DNA from: Candidatus Altiarchaeota archaeon
GTDB taxonomy: Archaea; Altiarchaeota; Altiarchaeia; IMC4; SCGC-AAA252-I15
Assembly (NCBI GenBank): GCA_043800255.1
Contig: JAZDNF010000001.1
Location: 226,438-290,437, forward strand
Length of the DNA stretch: 64,000 bases
Reading direction: 5' to 3'
Positions within the stretch are counted from its first letter, which is position 1. Each line of letters begins with the position of its first letter. The translations under genes and the position numbers were made by a program. Under the pieces are notes generated by a model. The model had not been told where the DNA came from. It saw only the letters and a list, made by a program, of their open reading frames with translations, and did not search any database. Below are positions 38,343 to 48,706 of this stretch, one piece after another.

Positions 38343-39650
38343 TTATTCTGCCGCTTTTGCCAGTCTGCCAGTCCTGCTGATTATGTACGGGGTCACCAGG
38401 GCGCAAGCTATCAGGAACGAGACCGCGGCGCCGGCCATTCCCATCCTCGGCAGAAGGATTATATTCAAGAAGACTATCATCAGAGCCATTGCTGCCTTTG
38501 ATATGAACGAGACTCTGACACCCTTCACCCCCAGCGACAGCGCATACCAGTCGAAAATCGAGTAGACCGAATACGCCATAGGCAGAAGCGGGAAAAGCAG
38601 GAGGTATCCTGTCTCAAGGGGGTACGTCTTCCCGTACAGTGTCATGAAGACGATGCAGGAGACGAAGGTCACGGCATAAACCAGGGGGGACGCTATTATC
38701 AGGCTCCTCAGCCTCAGCCATATCTTCACCTTCCCGCTCCTGGATGCTTCAGGCAGGAGAACAGTCCCGAAGATTACGATGAAGCCTAGGGATACTCCCA
38801 GTGTTGAGAAATTGTAGGCCTGGTACAATCCGATGTCCTCCAGGCTGAGATACCTGTTCATAAGTATCCTGTCAACGTTGAATATGACAATGTGGGCTGT
38901 GTTAGCCAGGAAGTTGTAGGCGCTGTATCCCATGAAGAGCACGAGAGGCGATTCGCTTATCCTGAACCTCAGGAACCTCCTGAGGTCTCCTGCTATGAAG
39001 ACGATGACGAGTGCCGAGCCGACCGCAAGGCTCCAGATGGCTGCCGACACCGTCCTGTCCCCAACCAGGAGAAAAAAGTACACTATGAGCGCTACCTTCA
39101 GAACGGACGCTGAAAACTCCGCAAGGCTCACCATCTTCATCCTGTGTAGGCCTTGCAGTATCCTCCTAACGACGTCGGAGGGGACCCAGCTGACAGCCAG
39201 GATGAGGCCCAGCATCACCGCAGACCTGCTGACTGAGATGGCGTCTGATATGAGCGGAGTCGCAAAATAGAACACCAGCGCCGAGATGACTGTCAAGGCC
39301 AGGGTGATCCAGATGTATGCTGAGATTATGCTCGACTTCCTTCTCTCCTCCTTTTCCCCCGCAAGGTACTTGACGAGCGCGAAGTTTGCCATCGTCATCG
39401 GCAGTATCATGAAAAAAGTTATTGACCTGATTATCGAGTACTCTCCGTAGGCTGTCGGCCCGAGAACCCGTCCCAGGTAGATCTGGATGAACATCTGCAT
39501 CGCGTAGGCGAGCGTGAATCCGACTCCGACATACCCCAGGTTTTTCCCGAAATCCAGGGTGGCTGGTCCTATGCCCTCGCCGAACATCCTCCTGTGGATT
39601 CCTGAGACCAAGGCCCAAACCCTACCTGTCAGGCTTTCTAAGATGCTCAT
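38343..39650 (-). CDS. oligosaccharide flippase (Wzx/MOP family)
   Basis: RVLGP.AYG.Y, DRILM...IGLY and GMAGAA motifs. About 12 TM. Confidence 0.88.
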   Translation of the reverse strand: MSILESLTGRVWALVSGIHRRMFGEGIGPATLDFGKNLGYVGVGFTLAYAMQMFIQIYLGRVLGPTAYGEYSIIRSITFFMILPMTMANFALVKYLAGEKEERRKSSIISAYIWITLALTVISALVFYFATPLISDAISVSRSAVMLGLILAVSWVPSDVVRRILQGLHRMKMVSLAEFSASVLKVALIVYFFLLVGDRTVSAAIWSLAVGSALVIVFIAGDLRRFLRFRISESPLVLFMGYSAYNFLANTAHIVIFNVDRILMNRYLSLEDIGLYQAYNFSTLGVSLGFIVIFGTVLLPEASRSGKVKIWLRLRSLIIASPLVYAVTFVSCIVFMTLYGKTYPLETGYLLLFPLLPMAYSVYSIFDWYALSLGVKGVRVSFISKAAMALMIVFLNIILLPRMGMAGAAVSFLIACALVTPYIISRTGRLAKAAE

Positions 39651-40764
39651 ATAGCGCCTCCATGTTCTCTATCATGCCTTTCAAGGTAAAATACTCCTCA
39701 ACCCTCTCCCTGCCCCTGAAGCCCATCTGCTTCCTCCTCTCAGGGTTCTCTATCAGCGTCCCGATGGCAGCCGCAAGCTCCTCAGGGTTCTCCCTGGGGA
39801 CTAGAATCCCGGTCACTCCGTTGTCTATTACCTCCTTAGTGCCTCCAACGTCAGTTGCCACAACAGGGAGAGACGATGCCATCGCCTCTAGCACGGAAAC
39901 CGGAAGCCCCTCCCAAAGGGACGTCAGGACGAAGATGTCCGAAGCCTTCAGCAGTCCAGGGACGTCCTCCCTCTCGCCTGCGAATATGACGTCGTCTGAG
40001 ATTCCAAGTTCAGAGGACATGATTTTCAGCTCTCCCATGAGCCTGCCGTCCCCGACAACAAGGAACTGGACGTTGCCGTGCTTCCTTTTCACAATAGATG
40101 CCGCCTTTATGAAGTCCGAAGGGTTCTTCTCAGGGTGCAATCTCGTCACGGTTACGACAGTCACCTTCTTCTCAGACAGGCTCAACTGCTCCCTAACCTT
40201 CCGACTGTCAGCAGTGTCGTCGAATCTCCGCAGGTCTATGCCATTGTAAACTACCCTGATCCTATCAGGCTTTATCCGGACATCCTCCACAAGAGAGTCC
40301 CTCACCGCGTTCGAGTTCGCCACTATCACTGTAGAGTAGACGCTGGTGAGCCTGTCTATGAGCCTGTAGAGCGGGCTCTTCCATTCGCTCGTGCTCCTCT
40401 CGCCTGAGACTATTGCAGGCGTATTTGCGAGCCTCCCCGATATCCTGGCCAGGACGTTGCTGTAGAAGAGGAAGGAATGCACTATGTCAAATCTCATCTG
40501 CTTCAGGAACCTGGCCAACCGGTATACAGAAGTCACGTCCATCTTGCTACTAATCCCAAGAACGTCGACTCTGATGCCCTCCCTCTTCAGCATCTCAGCT
40601 ACCCTGCCGCCCTTCGCCAGGCACATAACAGTCACATCGAATCTCCTCCTGTCAAGGCCTGTTGCGAGAGATTTTACCATCATCTCAGTCCCGCCGACGT
40701 CCAAGGTCCCTATCAACATCAGCACTCTCGTCTTTTTCACGGCAGCTCTATGTGCTCCCTCCAT
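39622..40764 (-). CDS. GT4 family glycosyltransferase
   Basis: GGTE, YNGID and EGLPVSVLEAMA...DVGG motifs. Confidence 0.93.
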   Translation of the reverse strand: MEGAHRAAVKKTRVLMLIGTLDVGGTEMMVKSLATGLDRRRFDVTVMCLAKGGRVAEMLKREGIRVDVLGISSKMDVTSVYRLARFLKQMRFDIVHSFLFYSNVLARISGRLANTPAIVSGERSTSEWKSPLYRLIDRLTSVYSTVIVANSNAVRDSLVEDVRIKPDRIRVVYNGIDLRRFDDTADSRKVREQLSLSEKKVTVVTVTRLHPEKNPSDFIKAASIVKRKHGNVQFLVVGDGRLMGELKIMSSELGISDDVIFAGEREDVPGLLKASDIFVLTSLWEGLPVSVLEAMASSLPVVATDVGGTKEVIDNGVTGILVPRENPEELAAAIGTLIENPERRKQMGFRGRERVEEYFTLKGMIENMEALYEHLRKPDR

Positions 40765-42068
40765 CCTTGGGGGGGCATGAACTTGAGGTTGGGCATTATG
40801 TCCATGTTCGACTCGTAGGATATGCCTGTTATGTCTGCAGTCCCGAGGGGGTGCTTTTTCAGGCTTCTGCTCTCACTCAGCTGGGGAATCCTGCCGGCAT
40901 CGAAGCCCATGATGGTCGCCGCTATGGTGTCGGTTGCGACAGGGTCAGCGCCTGCGATGAGCATCCCAGCACGCTTTGAAATCCCGTGTAATGGCCCCTC
41001 CCCCTCGGCGCAGACTACGGCGTCAACGACCGCGAAATGTTTTCTTGCTATCTTGTCATTCATCTTCCCGTCCCTGAAGTACAGCATTATCAGGTTGATG
41101 TCAAGTATCGTCCTCCAGAGGGTGTCGTTCCCGTACCAGCTCCCCTCCCTGATGTCAGCACCTCCTCTCCTGAGCATCGAATGCAGCATCCTGGCAGGCT
41201 TCCACAGGAACGGCAGCCTCTGCCTCATCAGGCCTATGGCTTTGCTCTCGAAGCTCTTTCCCATCCCGCCTTCAGGGTACTCGTCACCGCCATCAAGTTT
41301 GCCGCCTGCCCTGTGATGGGGCAGCCAGGACTTGTCGCCGACGATGCCTATCATGTTCTTGAGGCAGCATGTTATGCCTGCCTTCTTGTGCGTCTTAAGT
41401 TTGGGAACGTTCAGTATGCAGTCTGCCTCCAAGACCGTGTTCGGGATGATGTACTCGTTCTTTTCCATGTTGTGGTGCTCGCACATGGCATCCCTGTCGT
41501 AGTCGGTGACCCTGTAACATCTGTAATCCCTGCTTATCTCATACAAGTTGCTCTCCCTCCCCAGGTCTACGACGGTGTAGCCTCTGGGGTCTCCCCTGAT
41601 CTTTCTCCTCTCGACTATGACGTCGTTCCCGTCCAACACCGCCACCTCCTGTCTGCAGTCTATGAATTCCACTCTGAAGCTGAATCCTCCGAAATCGAGC
41701 CTCTTCTCCTTTAAAAGTCTTTCTATGTCGCAGGACTGCAGGGGGACGTCGCATACAGATATCCTGCCGCCGTCACCGCACGCCCTGTGCGCATAGCCTA
41801 AGACTGCTTTCAAAACTGATGGGTCTGTCGTCACGCAGTCGTTGTGCCTCTCATCGGAGAGGTTCCTGTGCATCACAAAGTTCGGCTTTATGACGACGTT
41901 GTCGCCCTCTGATATGAACTCTCCGAGCGGGTTCCAATCTTTCCTGTTCTTATTCCTATTGTCAAGTTGGAGCAGCATGAACAGCTGCTCCACTCCCTTA
42001 TTGGCTTCCTCTTCGGTCAGACTTCGTCCGAGCAGCCGATCATCCCTGTAGACTGCGACGGAAACCAT
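40737..42068 (-). CDS. DUF362 family Fe-S protein
   Basis: VVIKPN, PKLKTHKKAGIT..LKN.IG, EGEGP and DPVATD motifs. Confidence 0.88.
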   Translation of the reverse strand: MVSVAVYRDDRLLGRSLTEEEANKGVEQLFMLLQLDNRNKNRKDWNPLGEFISEGDNVVIKPNFVMHRNLSDERHNDCVTTDPSVLKAVLGYAHRACGDGGRISVCDVPLQSCDIERLLKEKRLDFGGFSFRVEFIDCRQEVAVLDGNDVIVERRKIRGDPRGYTVVDLGRESNLYEISRDYRCYRVTDYDRDAMCEHHNMEKNEYIIPNTVLEADCILNVPKLKTHKKAGITCCLKNMIGIVGDKSWLPHHRAGGKLDGGDEYPEGGMGKSFESKAIGLMRQRLPFLWKPARMLHSMLRRGGADIREGSWYGNDTLWRTILDINLIMLYFRDGKMNDKIARKHFAVVDAVVCAEGEGPLHGISKRAGMLIAGADPVATDTIAATIMGFDAGRIPQLSESRSLKKHPLGTADITGISYESNMDIMPNLKFMPPQGWREHIELP

Positions 42069-43405
42069 CAGTATTCCCTCCTGAGTATCGCCCTCTTCCC
42101 GCTTTTTGTCAGCGGTATCCTATCAACGTTTTTGAATTCCACGGTCATGCCTTCCCCGAGGTAGTCCTCCATCGCCTGCCGCAGCTTTCCTGTAACCCTC
42201 TCATCCATCTTCTCCATAGGCTCCAACAGCACTTGAAGCATTCCACTGCCCTTCTCCACGACCTGGAAGTTCCTGATGTAATCCGCATAGTCCTCGAAGA
42301 GCAGCGTCATAAAGTGCACTGACACTATCTTCCCCCGCGGCGTCTTTATGAGGTCTATCATCCTGCCACTGACCTCTGAGAATGCTTCAAGGCCGCGCCC
42401 GCATCCGCATTCCACCGTTGAGAGGATTCCGACGTCCCCGATGTCGTATCTTATGAACGGCATCCCGTGATTCTCGAGGGAGGTCACTATCATCCTGCCC
42501 CTCTCGCCCTCCCTGACAGGCTCTCCAGACTCAAAGGAAACTGTCTCGATGTAAAAGCTTTCCATGTTCACGTGCAGCCCGTCCTGTTTCTCGCACTCCT
42601 GCGCTATCATCCCAAATTCCCTGCTCCCGTACCTGTTGTAGACTTTCGCATTGAAGGCTTCCTCTATCGTCTTCCTCTGGGATTCTGGGAGGGTCTCTCC
42701 GGAGGTTATTATGGCGCCGACCTCGGGCGGTTTGATGCTGTTGTCCAGCATGAACTTGGACAGGCCGTATGCTGCCGAGACATAGCATTCGAGGAGTGCC
42801 GGCCTTTTCCTTCTGATACGTTCAGCATACTCTCTCATCGTCGTATCGTCCATGTTGAACGCGCTCAGCAGCTCCCTCCTCATTATTGCATCAAAAAGCT
42901 TCGTCTTGAATGTGATGTTATGGGGGCCCCAGATTTTTATCAGAGGATCCCCGAACAGGAGGCCAGCCCACTCGTATCCCCTGTACAGGTTCGCCCTCTC
43001 CATGTCTAAGAGCTGTCTGTCCATGAAGAACTTGAACGGCGTGCCAGTGGAACCTGAAGTGCTGTTGGATATCAGGTCTTTTTTACTGCACATCCTTGAT
43101 GTCGCCCTGTCAACGGATTTGCTGAGGCTCTCCTTCGTCGAAATCGGGATCTTCGACATGTCACCCCTCTTTCGTATGTCAGAAGGCTTTATTCTGCCAT
43201 CGTCGAACAGGCGCCTGTAGTATTCGACGTTCCTGTACGAGTAGTCTATCAGGCTTTTCAGTTTCTTCCACTGGAGTTCCTCCAGTTTTTCCCTGCTCAT
43301 ATGCTGGCTTCTCTCAAGCTTCATGTACTCTGCCCAGAAGTTCGTCCCAATCAGAGGAGTCAGCGGAAGCACCGCACTCCTCAGCATACTGCCGTAAAGT
43401 CCCAT
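42068..43405 (-). CDS. phenylacetate-CoA ligase family (CapK-like) adenylate-forming enzyme
   Basis: TSGSTGTP, YGSREFG, PFIRYDIGD and IPLTKSGK motifs. Confidence 0.9.
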   Translation of the reverse strand: MGLYGSMLRSAVLPLTPLIGTNFWAEYMKLERSQHMSREKLEELQWKKLKSLIDYSYRNVEYYRRLFDDGRIKPSDIRKRGDMSKIPISTKESLSKSVDRATSRMCSKKDLISNSTSGSTGTPFKFFMDRQLLDMERANLYRGYEWAGLLFGDPLIKIWGPHNITFKTKLFDAIMRRELLSAFNMDDTTMREYAERIRRKRPALLECYVSAAYGLSKFMLDNSIKPPEVGAIITSGETLPESQRKTIEEAFNAKVYNRYGSREFGMIAQECEKQDGLHVNMESFYIETVSFESGEPVREGERGRMIVTSLENHGMPFIRYDIGDVGILSTVECGCGRGLEAFSEVSGRMIDLIKTPRGKIVSVHFMTLLFEDYADYIRNFQVVEKGSGMLQVLLEPMEKMDERVTGKLRQAMEDYLGEGMTVEFKNVDRIPLTKSGKRAILRREY

Positions 43406-43406
43406 C

Positions 43407-45278
43407 TTATCCGTTCATGTACTTTCTGTGCCACATCTCTAGCATCATCAGGTTCCATATCCTGCCGCTGTTGTCCCGCCTACTCTTCGCGTGGTCGTCA
43501 ACTATCCTCCTTATCTCATCCCTGTCCAGGTACTTGCTTATGGAAGCCTCGTTTCCCAGCAGCAGAGAGTCTACCGTGTCCCTAAGCTCGTCATTGAACC
43601 ATCTGGCCAGCGGAACCCCGAAGCCCCTCTTCTTTCTCTTCAGTATCTGTTGGGGCAGGATGTCCTTCACAGCCTTCTTGAATACGTATTTGAGGGTCTG
43701 GCCTCTCACCTTGAGATTCGAGGGTATGGTCGCCGTGAACTCTACCATGTTGTGGTCGAGGAAGGGGACTCTCACTTCGAGGGAGTTTGCCATGCTCATC
43801 CTGTCAACTTTGGTCAGGATGTCGTCAACCATGTACGTGTTTATGTCAGCGTACATGGTCTTCCCGAGGAAATCCGGGAGCGTGCACTCGTCATAGTATC
43901 CATTAAGGACTTTGATGTGATCGAACCCTGCGTAGCCTTTTCCGCCGTAGAGCATGCTCTTCTCGACATTGTCGAACGACGTAACCCACTTAGCGTACAT
44001 TTCAATCGGCGGAAGATCAGCTGCCTCGACAAATCTCTTTGAAAAGTTGATGAAACTCTTGTTCCTTGCGGAGGAAGGCATCGCCTCCATAAGCAGCCTG
44101 GCAGGCGCCTTCAGCATGGACGGTATCCTCGCGTATTGTCTTGCTAGATTCAGCGCCCTGTACCTGTCGTAGCCTCCGAACTGCTCGTCTCCGCCGTCGC
44201 CTGACAGGCACACCGTGACATGCTTCCTCGCCATCTCAGACACTATGTACGTGGGTATTGCCGAGGAGTCTGCGAAAGGCTCGTCAAAATGGTATGCCAG
44301 CTTCTCAAGGAGGGAGATGGCGTCCATCTTCACTACAAACTCTGTATGTTCTGTGTTGAACGTCTCCGCTATCGTCTTCGCGTACTGGAGCTCGTTGTAG
44401 GATTCCTCCTCGAAGCCGATTGAGAAGGTTTTCACAGGCTCATCAGAGATTTCGCTCATCATCGCCACGATGGCCGACGAGTCAATTCCCCCGGACAGGA
44501 AAGCGCCCAGGGGGACGTCGCTCATAAGCCTCGCCTTCACAGCCTGCTTAAGCAGTTCAACTATCCTTGTTTCGAAGTATTTGAGGCTGACGTACGGCCG
44601 GTGGGGGAACGTCAGCTGCCAGTACCTCCTTAGGGCGCTGCTTCTCTCTCCGACGGTCAGAGTGTGCCCCGGCTGGAGCTTCCTTATGCCCTCGAATATG
44701 CTGTGGGGCGCCGGGACGTAATTGTAGCTCAGATAGTAGTCGAGCGCCTCCCTGTTCAATTCCCTCTTCACTGTCGGGAATTCTATTATGGACTTAAGTT
44801 CGGATGCGAATATCAGCCTGTCGCTGTCGAGCAGATAGTACAATGGTTTTATGCCCAGCCTGTCCCTCGCGAGGAAGAATCGCCTGCTCTTGGAATCCCA
44901 TATCGCAAAAGCGAACATTCCGTTGAATTTTTTGACGCAATCTATGCCGTACTCCTCGTAGGCGTGCACTATCGTCTCGGTGTCGGAGTTCGTGTAATAG
45001 GCGTGGCCTTTCCCTTCAAGTTCCTCTCTGATCTGGAGGTGGTTGTATATTTCGCCGTTGAATATCACCCATATGCGCTCGTCCTCGTTGTGTATTGGCT
45101 GGTCTCCTGTCTTCAGGTCTATGATGCTGAGCCTCCTGAAGCCCAGTCCCGTGTTTTTTTCGCAGTAGAATCCGTCGCTGTCAGGGCCCCTGTGCGTCAG
45201 CAGGCTTGCGCTTCTCCTAAGGTCGTCCTCTGCAACGTTTTCCCCCCTGAAGTTGTATGCCCCTACTATGCCGCACAT
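43407..45278 (-). CDS. asnB: asparagine synthase (glutamine-hydrolysing) family amidotransferase
   Basis: MCGIVG, HRGPD, RLSIID, LSGGIDSS, SGDGGDE and EVRVPFLD motifs. Confidence 0.95.
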   Translation of the reverse strand: MCGIVGAYNFRGENVAEDDLRRSASLLTHRGPDSDGFYCEKNTGLGFRRLSIIDLKTGDQPIHNEDERIWVIFNGEIYNHLQIREELEGKGHAYYTNSDTETIVHAYEEYGIDCVKKFNGMFAFAIWDSKSRRFFLARDRLGIKPLYYLLDSDRLIFASELKSIIEFPTVKRELNREALDYYLSYNYVPAPHSIFEGIRKLQPGHTLTVGERSSALRRYWQLTFPHRPYVSLKYFETRIVELLKQAVKARLMSDVPLGAFLSGGIDSSAIVAMMSEISDEPVKTFSIGFEEESYNELQYAKTIAETFNTEHTEFVVKMDAISLLEKLAYHFDEPFADSSAIPTYIVSEMARKHVTVCLSGDGGDEQFGGYDRYRALNLARQYARIPSMLKAPARLLMEAMPSSARNKSFINFSKRFVEAADLPPIEMYAKWVTSFDNVEKSMLYGGKGYAGFDHIKVLNGYYDECTLPDFLGKTMYADINTYMVDDILTKVDRMSMANSLEVRVPFLDHNMVEFTATIPSNLKVRGQTLKYVFKKAVKDILPQQILKRKKRGFGVPLARWFNDELRDTVDSLLLGNEASISKYLDRDEIRRIVDDHAKSRRDNSGRIWNLMMLEMWHRKYMNG

Positions 45279-45279
45279 C

Positions 45280-46446
45280 TTATGCAATAAGCTTTTCGTA
45301 AAGCTTTATGAACGAGTCCACCCTCCTTTTCACGCTGTATTTTCCCAGCATCTGCTTTCTGGCGTTCAAGCCCATCTGCCTGTGGTTTTTCCCGAGCAGG
45401 CTGACTATGGCCTTCGCAGTCTGCCTGCTGCTGCCTGCCTTCGTGAGGACGCCTGTGGCGTCGTTCACAAGCTCCGGATTACCTCCGACCTTCGACGCCA
45501 CAATGGGGAGCCCGCACGCCATCGCCTCCATTATGGACCTGCTCAGCCCCTCCGCAAGCGAAGGCTGGACTAGAACGTCAGACGCGATGTAGGCGGCAGG
45601 CATGCTGTTGTAGGGCAGGTAAGGTATAACTTTCACTTTGTCCTTGAATCTTCCGTTCTTCTCAACCCATCCTGACACGAGCTTCTCGTCGTAGCCTCCC
45701 CCAACGAGGAGGAAAAGCGTCTTCGGGCTCTTCTTCAGGACTTTGGGAACGCTATCGAGGAGGACGTCAACTCCCTTCTCCCTGAGGAACCTGCCCGTGT
45801 ATAACACAATCTTGTCGTCTGTTTCGACTCCCAGCCGATTCCTTGCTTCCTCCCTAGCCATCAGCTCAGGCCTGAAGAACCCGGTGTCGACAGCATTCGG
45901 TATGTAAGTCAGTTTATCCTTCGGAGTCTTGTACTTCTTTATCATCTCGTCTAGCAGGGCCGGGGCATCGCATGTAACATGGGTTGCGTTTCTGACGGCG
46001 TAACCCTCTATCCTGCGGGCTATGACTCTCTTTATCGGGTTCAGCCTGACGCCAGCCCACGGCCCGTGCATCGTAAGCAGATGGGGTATGTCCTTCTCTC
46101 CGATACCCTTTATCGCAGCCAAAGCCGCGGGAGGGTTGTGGGAGTGTATTACGTCAAAGCCTTCAGTCTTCAGAAGCCGCCTGAGCTCCCTCGCGGCATA
46201 ATATGAGTGCGTTATCTTGCTGTCCCTTGCAAGAGATCCGAAATGCATGTAGTCTGTCCGTATTATCCTGGTGTCGTACTTTTCAGAGTACCTGCCCCCC
46301 TCCCTCCTCGTTATGACCGTTACCTCTAAGCCATTCGCGAGCAGGCCTTCCACCAGCTGGCCCATGCAGGCTCCAGCTCCTCCATACGTTGTGAAACCGT
46401 CCTCCCTGATACAGGGGAAGTCGGTCGTCACCATGCAGATTTTCAA
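45280..46446 (-). CDS. GT4 family glycosyltransferase
   Basis: IPNAVD, KGVD and EGLSRSIMEAMACG motifs. Confidence 0.92.
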   Translation of the reverse strand: MKICMVTTDFPCIREDGFTTYGGAGACMGQLVEGLLANGLEVTVITRREGGRYSEKYDTRIIRTDYMHFGSLARDSKITHSYYAARELRRLLKTEGFDVIHSHNPPAALAAIKGIGEKDIPHLLTMHGPWAGVRLNPIKRVIARRIEGYAVRNATHVTCDAPALLDEMIKKYKTPKDKLTYIPNAVDTGFFRPELMAREEARNRLGVETDDKIVLYTGRFLREKGVDVLLDSVPKVLKKSPKTLFLLVGGGYDEKLVSGWVEKNGRFKDKVKVIPYLPYNSMPAAYIASDVLVQPSLAEGLSRSIMEAMACGLPIVASKVGGNPELVNDATGVLTKAGSSRQTAKAIVSLLGKNHRQMGLNARKQMLGKYSVKRRVDSFIKLYEKLIA

Positions 46447-46455
46447 TTTAACGTC

Positions 46456-47760
46456 CTATAGTCGTTTGTAAGCGAATCCCAGTCTTTCAGCCTCTTCTCT
46501 CTTGAACAGCCCCTTGACGTCGAATATTACTGGATTCTCTTTCATCTGCCGTTTCACGTCCCTCAGTCTTATGCTCTTGAAGGCGTTATGCGGGACTGTG
46601 ACAACGAGAGCGTCATATCCTTTGCCGCTGAATTTTCTGATGCATCCTATCCCGAACTTTTTCCTGACTATGCTGGATTTGACGAGCGGGTCGTGGCCTG
46701 AGACTTTCACTCCGCCGTTTTTCAGGACGTGGATGATCTTTTTCGCAGGCGACGTCCTTATGTCGTTCACGTTCTCCTTGAACGTGAGCCCCATCACAAG
46801 GACTTTCGACTTTTCAGGCTTTTTCCCGGCCTTCTTGAGCTCCCTCATCACTGTCTTCGCGACGTGCACTGGCATGTGGTCGTTTATGGCCCTGCCTGCG
46901 AGTATCACCTTCGGCTTGTACCCGAGCTCCTCAGCCTTGTGCACCAGATAGTACGGGTCTACTGGGATGCAGTGGCCTCCGACCAGTCCTGGAGTGTACC
47001 TGTGGAAGTTCCACTTCGTCGAGGCCGCCTCTATGACTGATCTGGTGCTCAACCCCATCCTTTCGAAAATAAGGGAGAGCTCGTTCATCAGCGCGATGTT
47101 CAGGTCTCTCTGGGCGTTCTCTATCACCTTGGCAGCTTCAGCGGTTTTTATGTCTTCGGCCTTGTATATGCCTGCCTTGACAATCCATCCGTAAACCTGC
47201 GCGAGCCTTTCTGTCGTGTCCCTGTCGCATCCGCTGACTATCTTCACGATGCTGCTTATCCTGTGCTCCTTGTCTCCCGGGTTTATCCTCTCAGGGGAGT
47301 ATCCTAACTTGAAGTCTCTGGGGCATTTCAATCCTGATCTCATTTCCAGTATCGGAAGGCAGACGTCTTCCGTCACTCCTGGGTATACTGTCGACTCGTA
47401 CACGACGGTGCTCCCCCTTCCCATGTTCCCTCCCACTATGCTAGAGGCTGATTTCACGAAGCTGAGGTCAGGCTTCTTGCCCTTCGACACTGGAGTTGGG
47501 ACTGCCACTATTATGTAATCCGCCCTCCCGATGTCCCTTGAATTGTAAGTGTAATCCAGGCTCTTCTGCAGTATCTCCTCCTTTGAGAACTCTTTCATGA
47601 AGTCTATCCCCTGTTTGAGTTCTTCGACTTTTTCCCTGTTCACATCAAAGCCTATCACGTTGACTCCCTTCCTGGCGAACTCGACTGCCAGCGGGAGTCC
47701 AACATAGCCCAGCCCTACGACGCATACTGTCGTCTGCTTCTTGTCTACTTTCTGAACCAT
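46456..47760 (-). CDS. UDP-N-acetylhexosamine dehydrogenase (WbpO/TviB-like)
   Basis: GLGYVGLPLA, ESTVYPG, SPERINPG and GGHCIPVDPYY motifs. Confidence 0.93.
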   Translation of the reverse strand: MVQKVDKKQTTVCVVGLGYVGLPLAVEFARKGVNVIGFDVNREKVEELKQGIDFMKEFSKEEILQKSLDYTYNSRDIGRADYIIVAVPTPVSKGKKPDLSFVKSASSIVGGNMGRGSTVVYESTVYPGVTEDVCLPILEMRSGLKCPRDFKLGYSPERINPGDKEHRISSIVKIVSGCDRDTTERLAQVYGWIVKAGIYKAEDIKTAEAAKVIENAQRDLNIALMNELSLIFERMGLSTRSVIEAASTKWNFHRYTPGLVGGHCIPVDPYYLVHKAEELGYKPKVILAGRAINDHMPVHVAKTVMRELKKAGKKPEKSKVLVMGLTFKENVNDIRTSPAKKIIHVLKNGGVKVSGHDPLVKSSIVRKKFGIGCIRKFSGKGYDALVVTVPHNAFKSIRLRDVKRQMKENPVIFDVKGLFKREEAERLGFAYKRL

Positions 47761-48671
47761 TCTACAGTCCTCTTAAGCCCCTCATCGAATGCTATCTCCG
47801 GCGTGTACCCTATTAATTTTTCGGCCCTCCTTATATCCGCCAGAGAGTCTCTTATGTCCCCTTCCCTCGGCTTCATATGCGCTGCCTTGACGTCAGAGCC
47901 TATGATATGGTTGATCCTGTCAATCAGGCTGTTCACGGAGTACTTTTCCCCGCATCCTATGTTAACCGCCTCTCCACTGGTTTTCTTCGCCTTCATCGAG
48001 AGGAGGTTCGCGTTGACCACGTTCCCGACGTAAGTGAAGTCTCTAGTCTGTTCTCCGTCCCCGTATACTCTCGGCCCGTCCCCATTGAGTATAGTTGTTA
48101 TGAACTTGGGTATCACTGCGGCGTACTCTGACGTCGGGTCCTGCTTTGGCCCGAACACGTTGAAGTATCTAAGGCTTACGGTCTCAAGCCCGTATATCCT
48201 GGAGAAGACCCTGCAGTAGTGCTCTCCGCCGAGCTTCGAAACAGCATAAGGCGATATCGGGTTTGGAGCCATGTCCTCACTCTTCGGCAGCGTTGGCGTG
48301 TCACCGTACACTGATGACGAGCTCGCATAGACTACCCTTCTCACGCCGGAGTCCCTCGCTCCCACCAAGACGTTCAACGTTCCCGTCAGGTTAGCCTCGT
48401 TCGATCTTATCGGATCCCTAACCGACCTTGCCACCGATGGGATGGCTGCCTGGTGGAGGACGTATTCGACATCCTCTAGTGCGTTTTCCAGCGTTTTTTT
48501 GTCGTTTATGCTGCCCCTGATCAATCTCACCTTTTCCCTGTGTTCTCTCAGGTTTTCGGCCTTCCCTGTTGAGAGGTCGTCTAATACCCTGACGTCCTGC
48601 CCTTCGTCAAGCAGCCTTCCGACGATGTTTGACCCTATAAAACCAGCACCCCCTGTGACGAGAACAGCCAT
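47745..48671 (-). CDS. UDP-GlcNAc(A) 4-epimerase (WbpP/TviC-like SDR)
   Basis: TGGAGFIGS, HQAAIPSV.RS, YAVSK and RYFNVFGPKQDP motifs. Confidence 0.92.
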   Translation of the reverse strand: MAVLVTGGAGFIGSNIVGRLLDEGQDVRVLDDLSTGKAENLREHREKVRLIRGSINDKKTLENALEDVEYVLHQAAIPSVARSVRDPIRSNEANLTGTLNVLVGARDSGVRRVVYASSSSVYGDTPTLPKSEDMAPNPISPYAVSKLGGEHYCRVFSRIYGLETVSLRYFNVFGPKQDPTSEYAAVIPKFITTILNGDGPRVYGDGEQTRDFTYVGNVVNANLLSMKAKKTSGEAVNIGCGEKYSVNSLIDRINHIIGSDVKAAHMKPREGDIRDSLADIRRAEKLIGYTPEIAFDEGLKRTVEWFRK

Positions 48672-48706
48672 AGTTCATATATATTTCCCTTAAAGAATAA
48701 AGGCGC

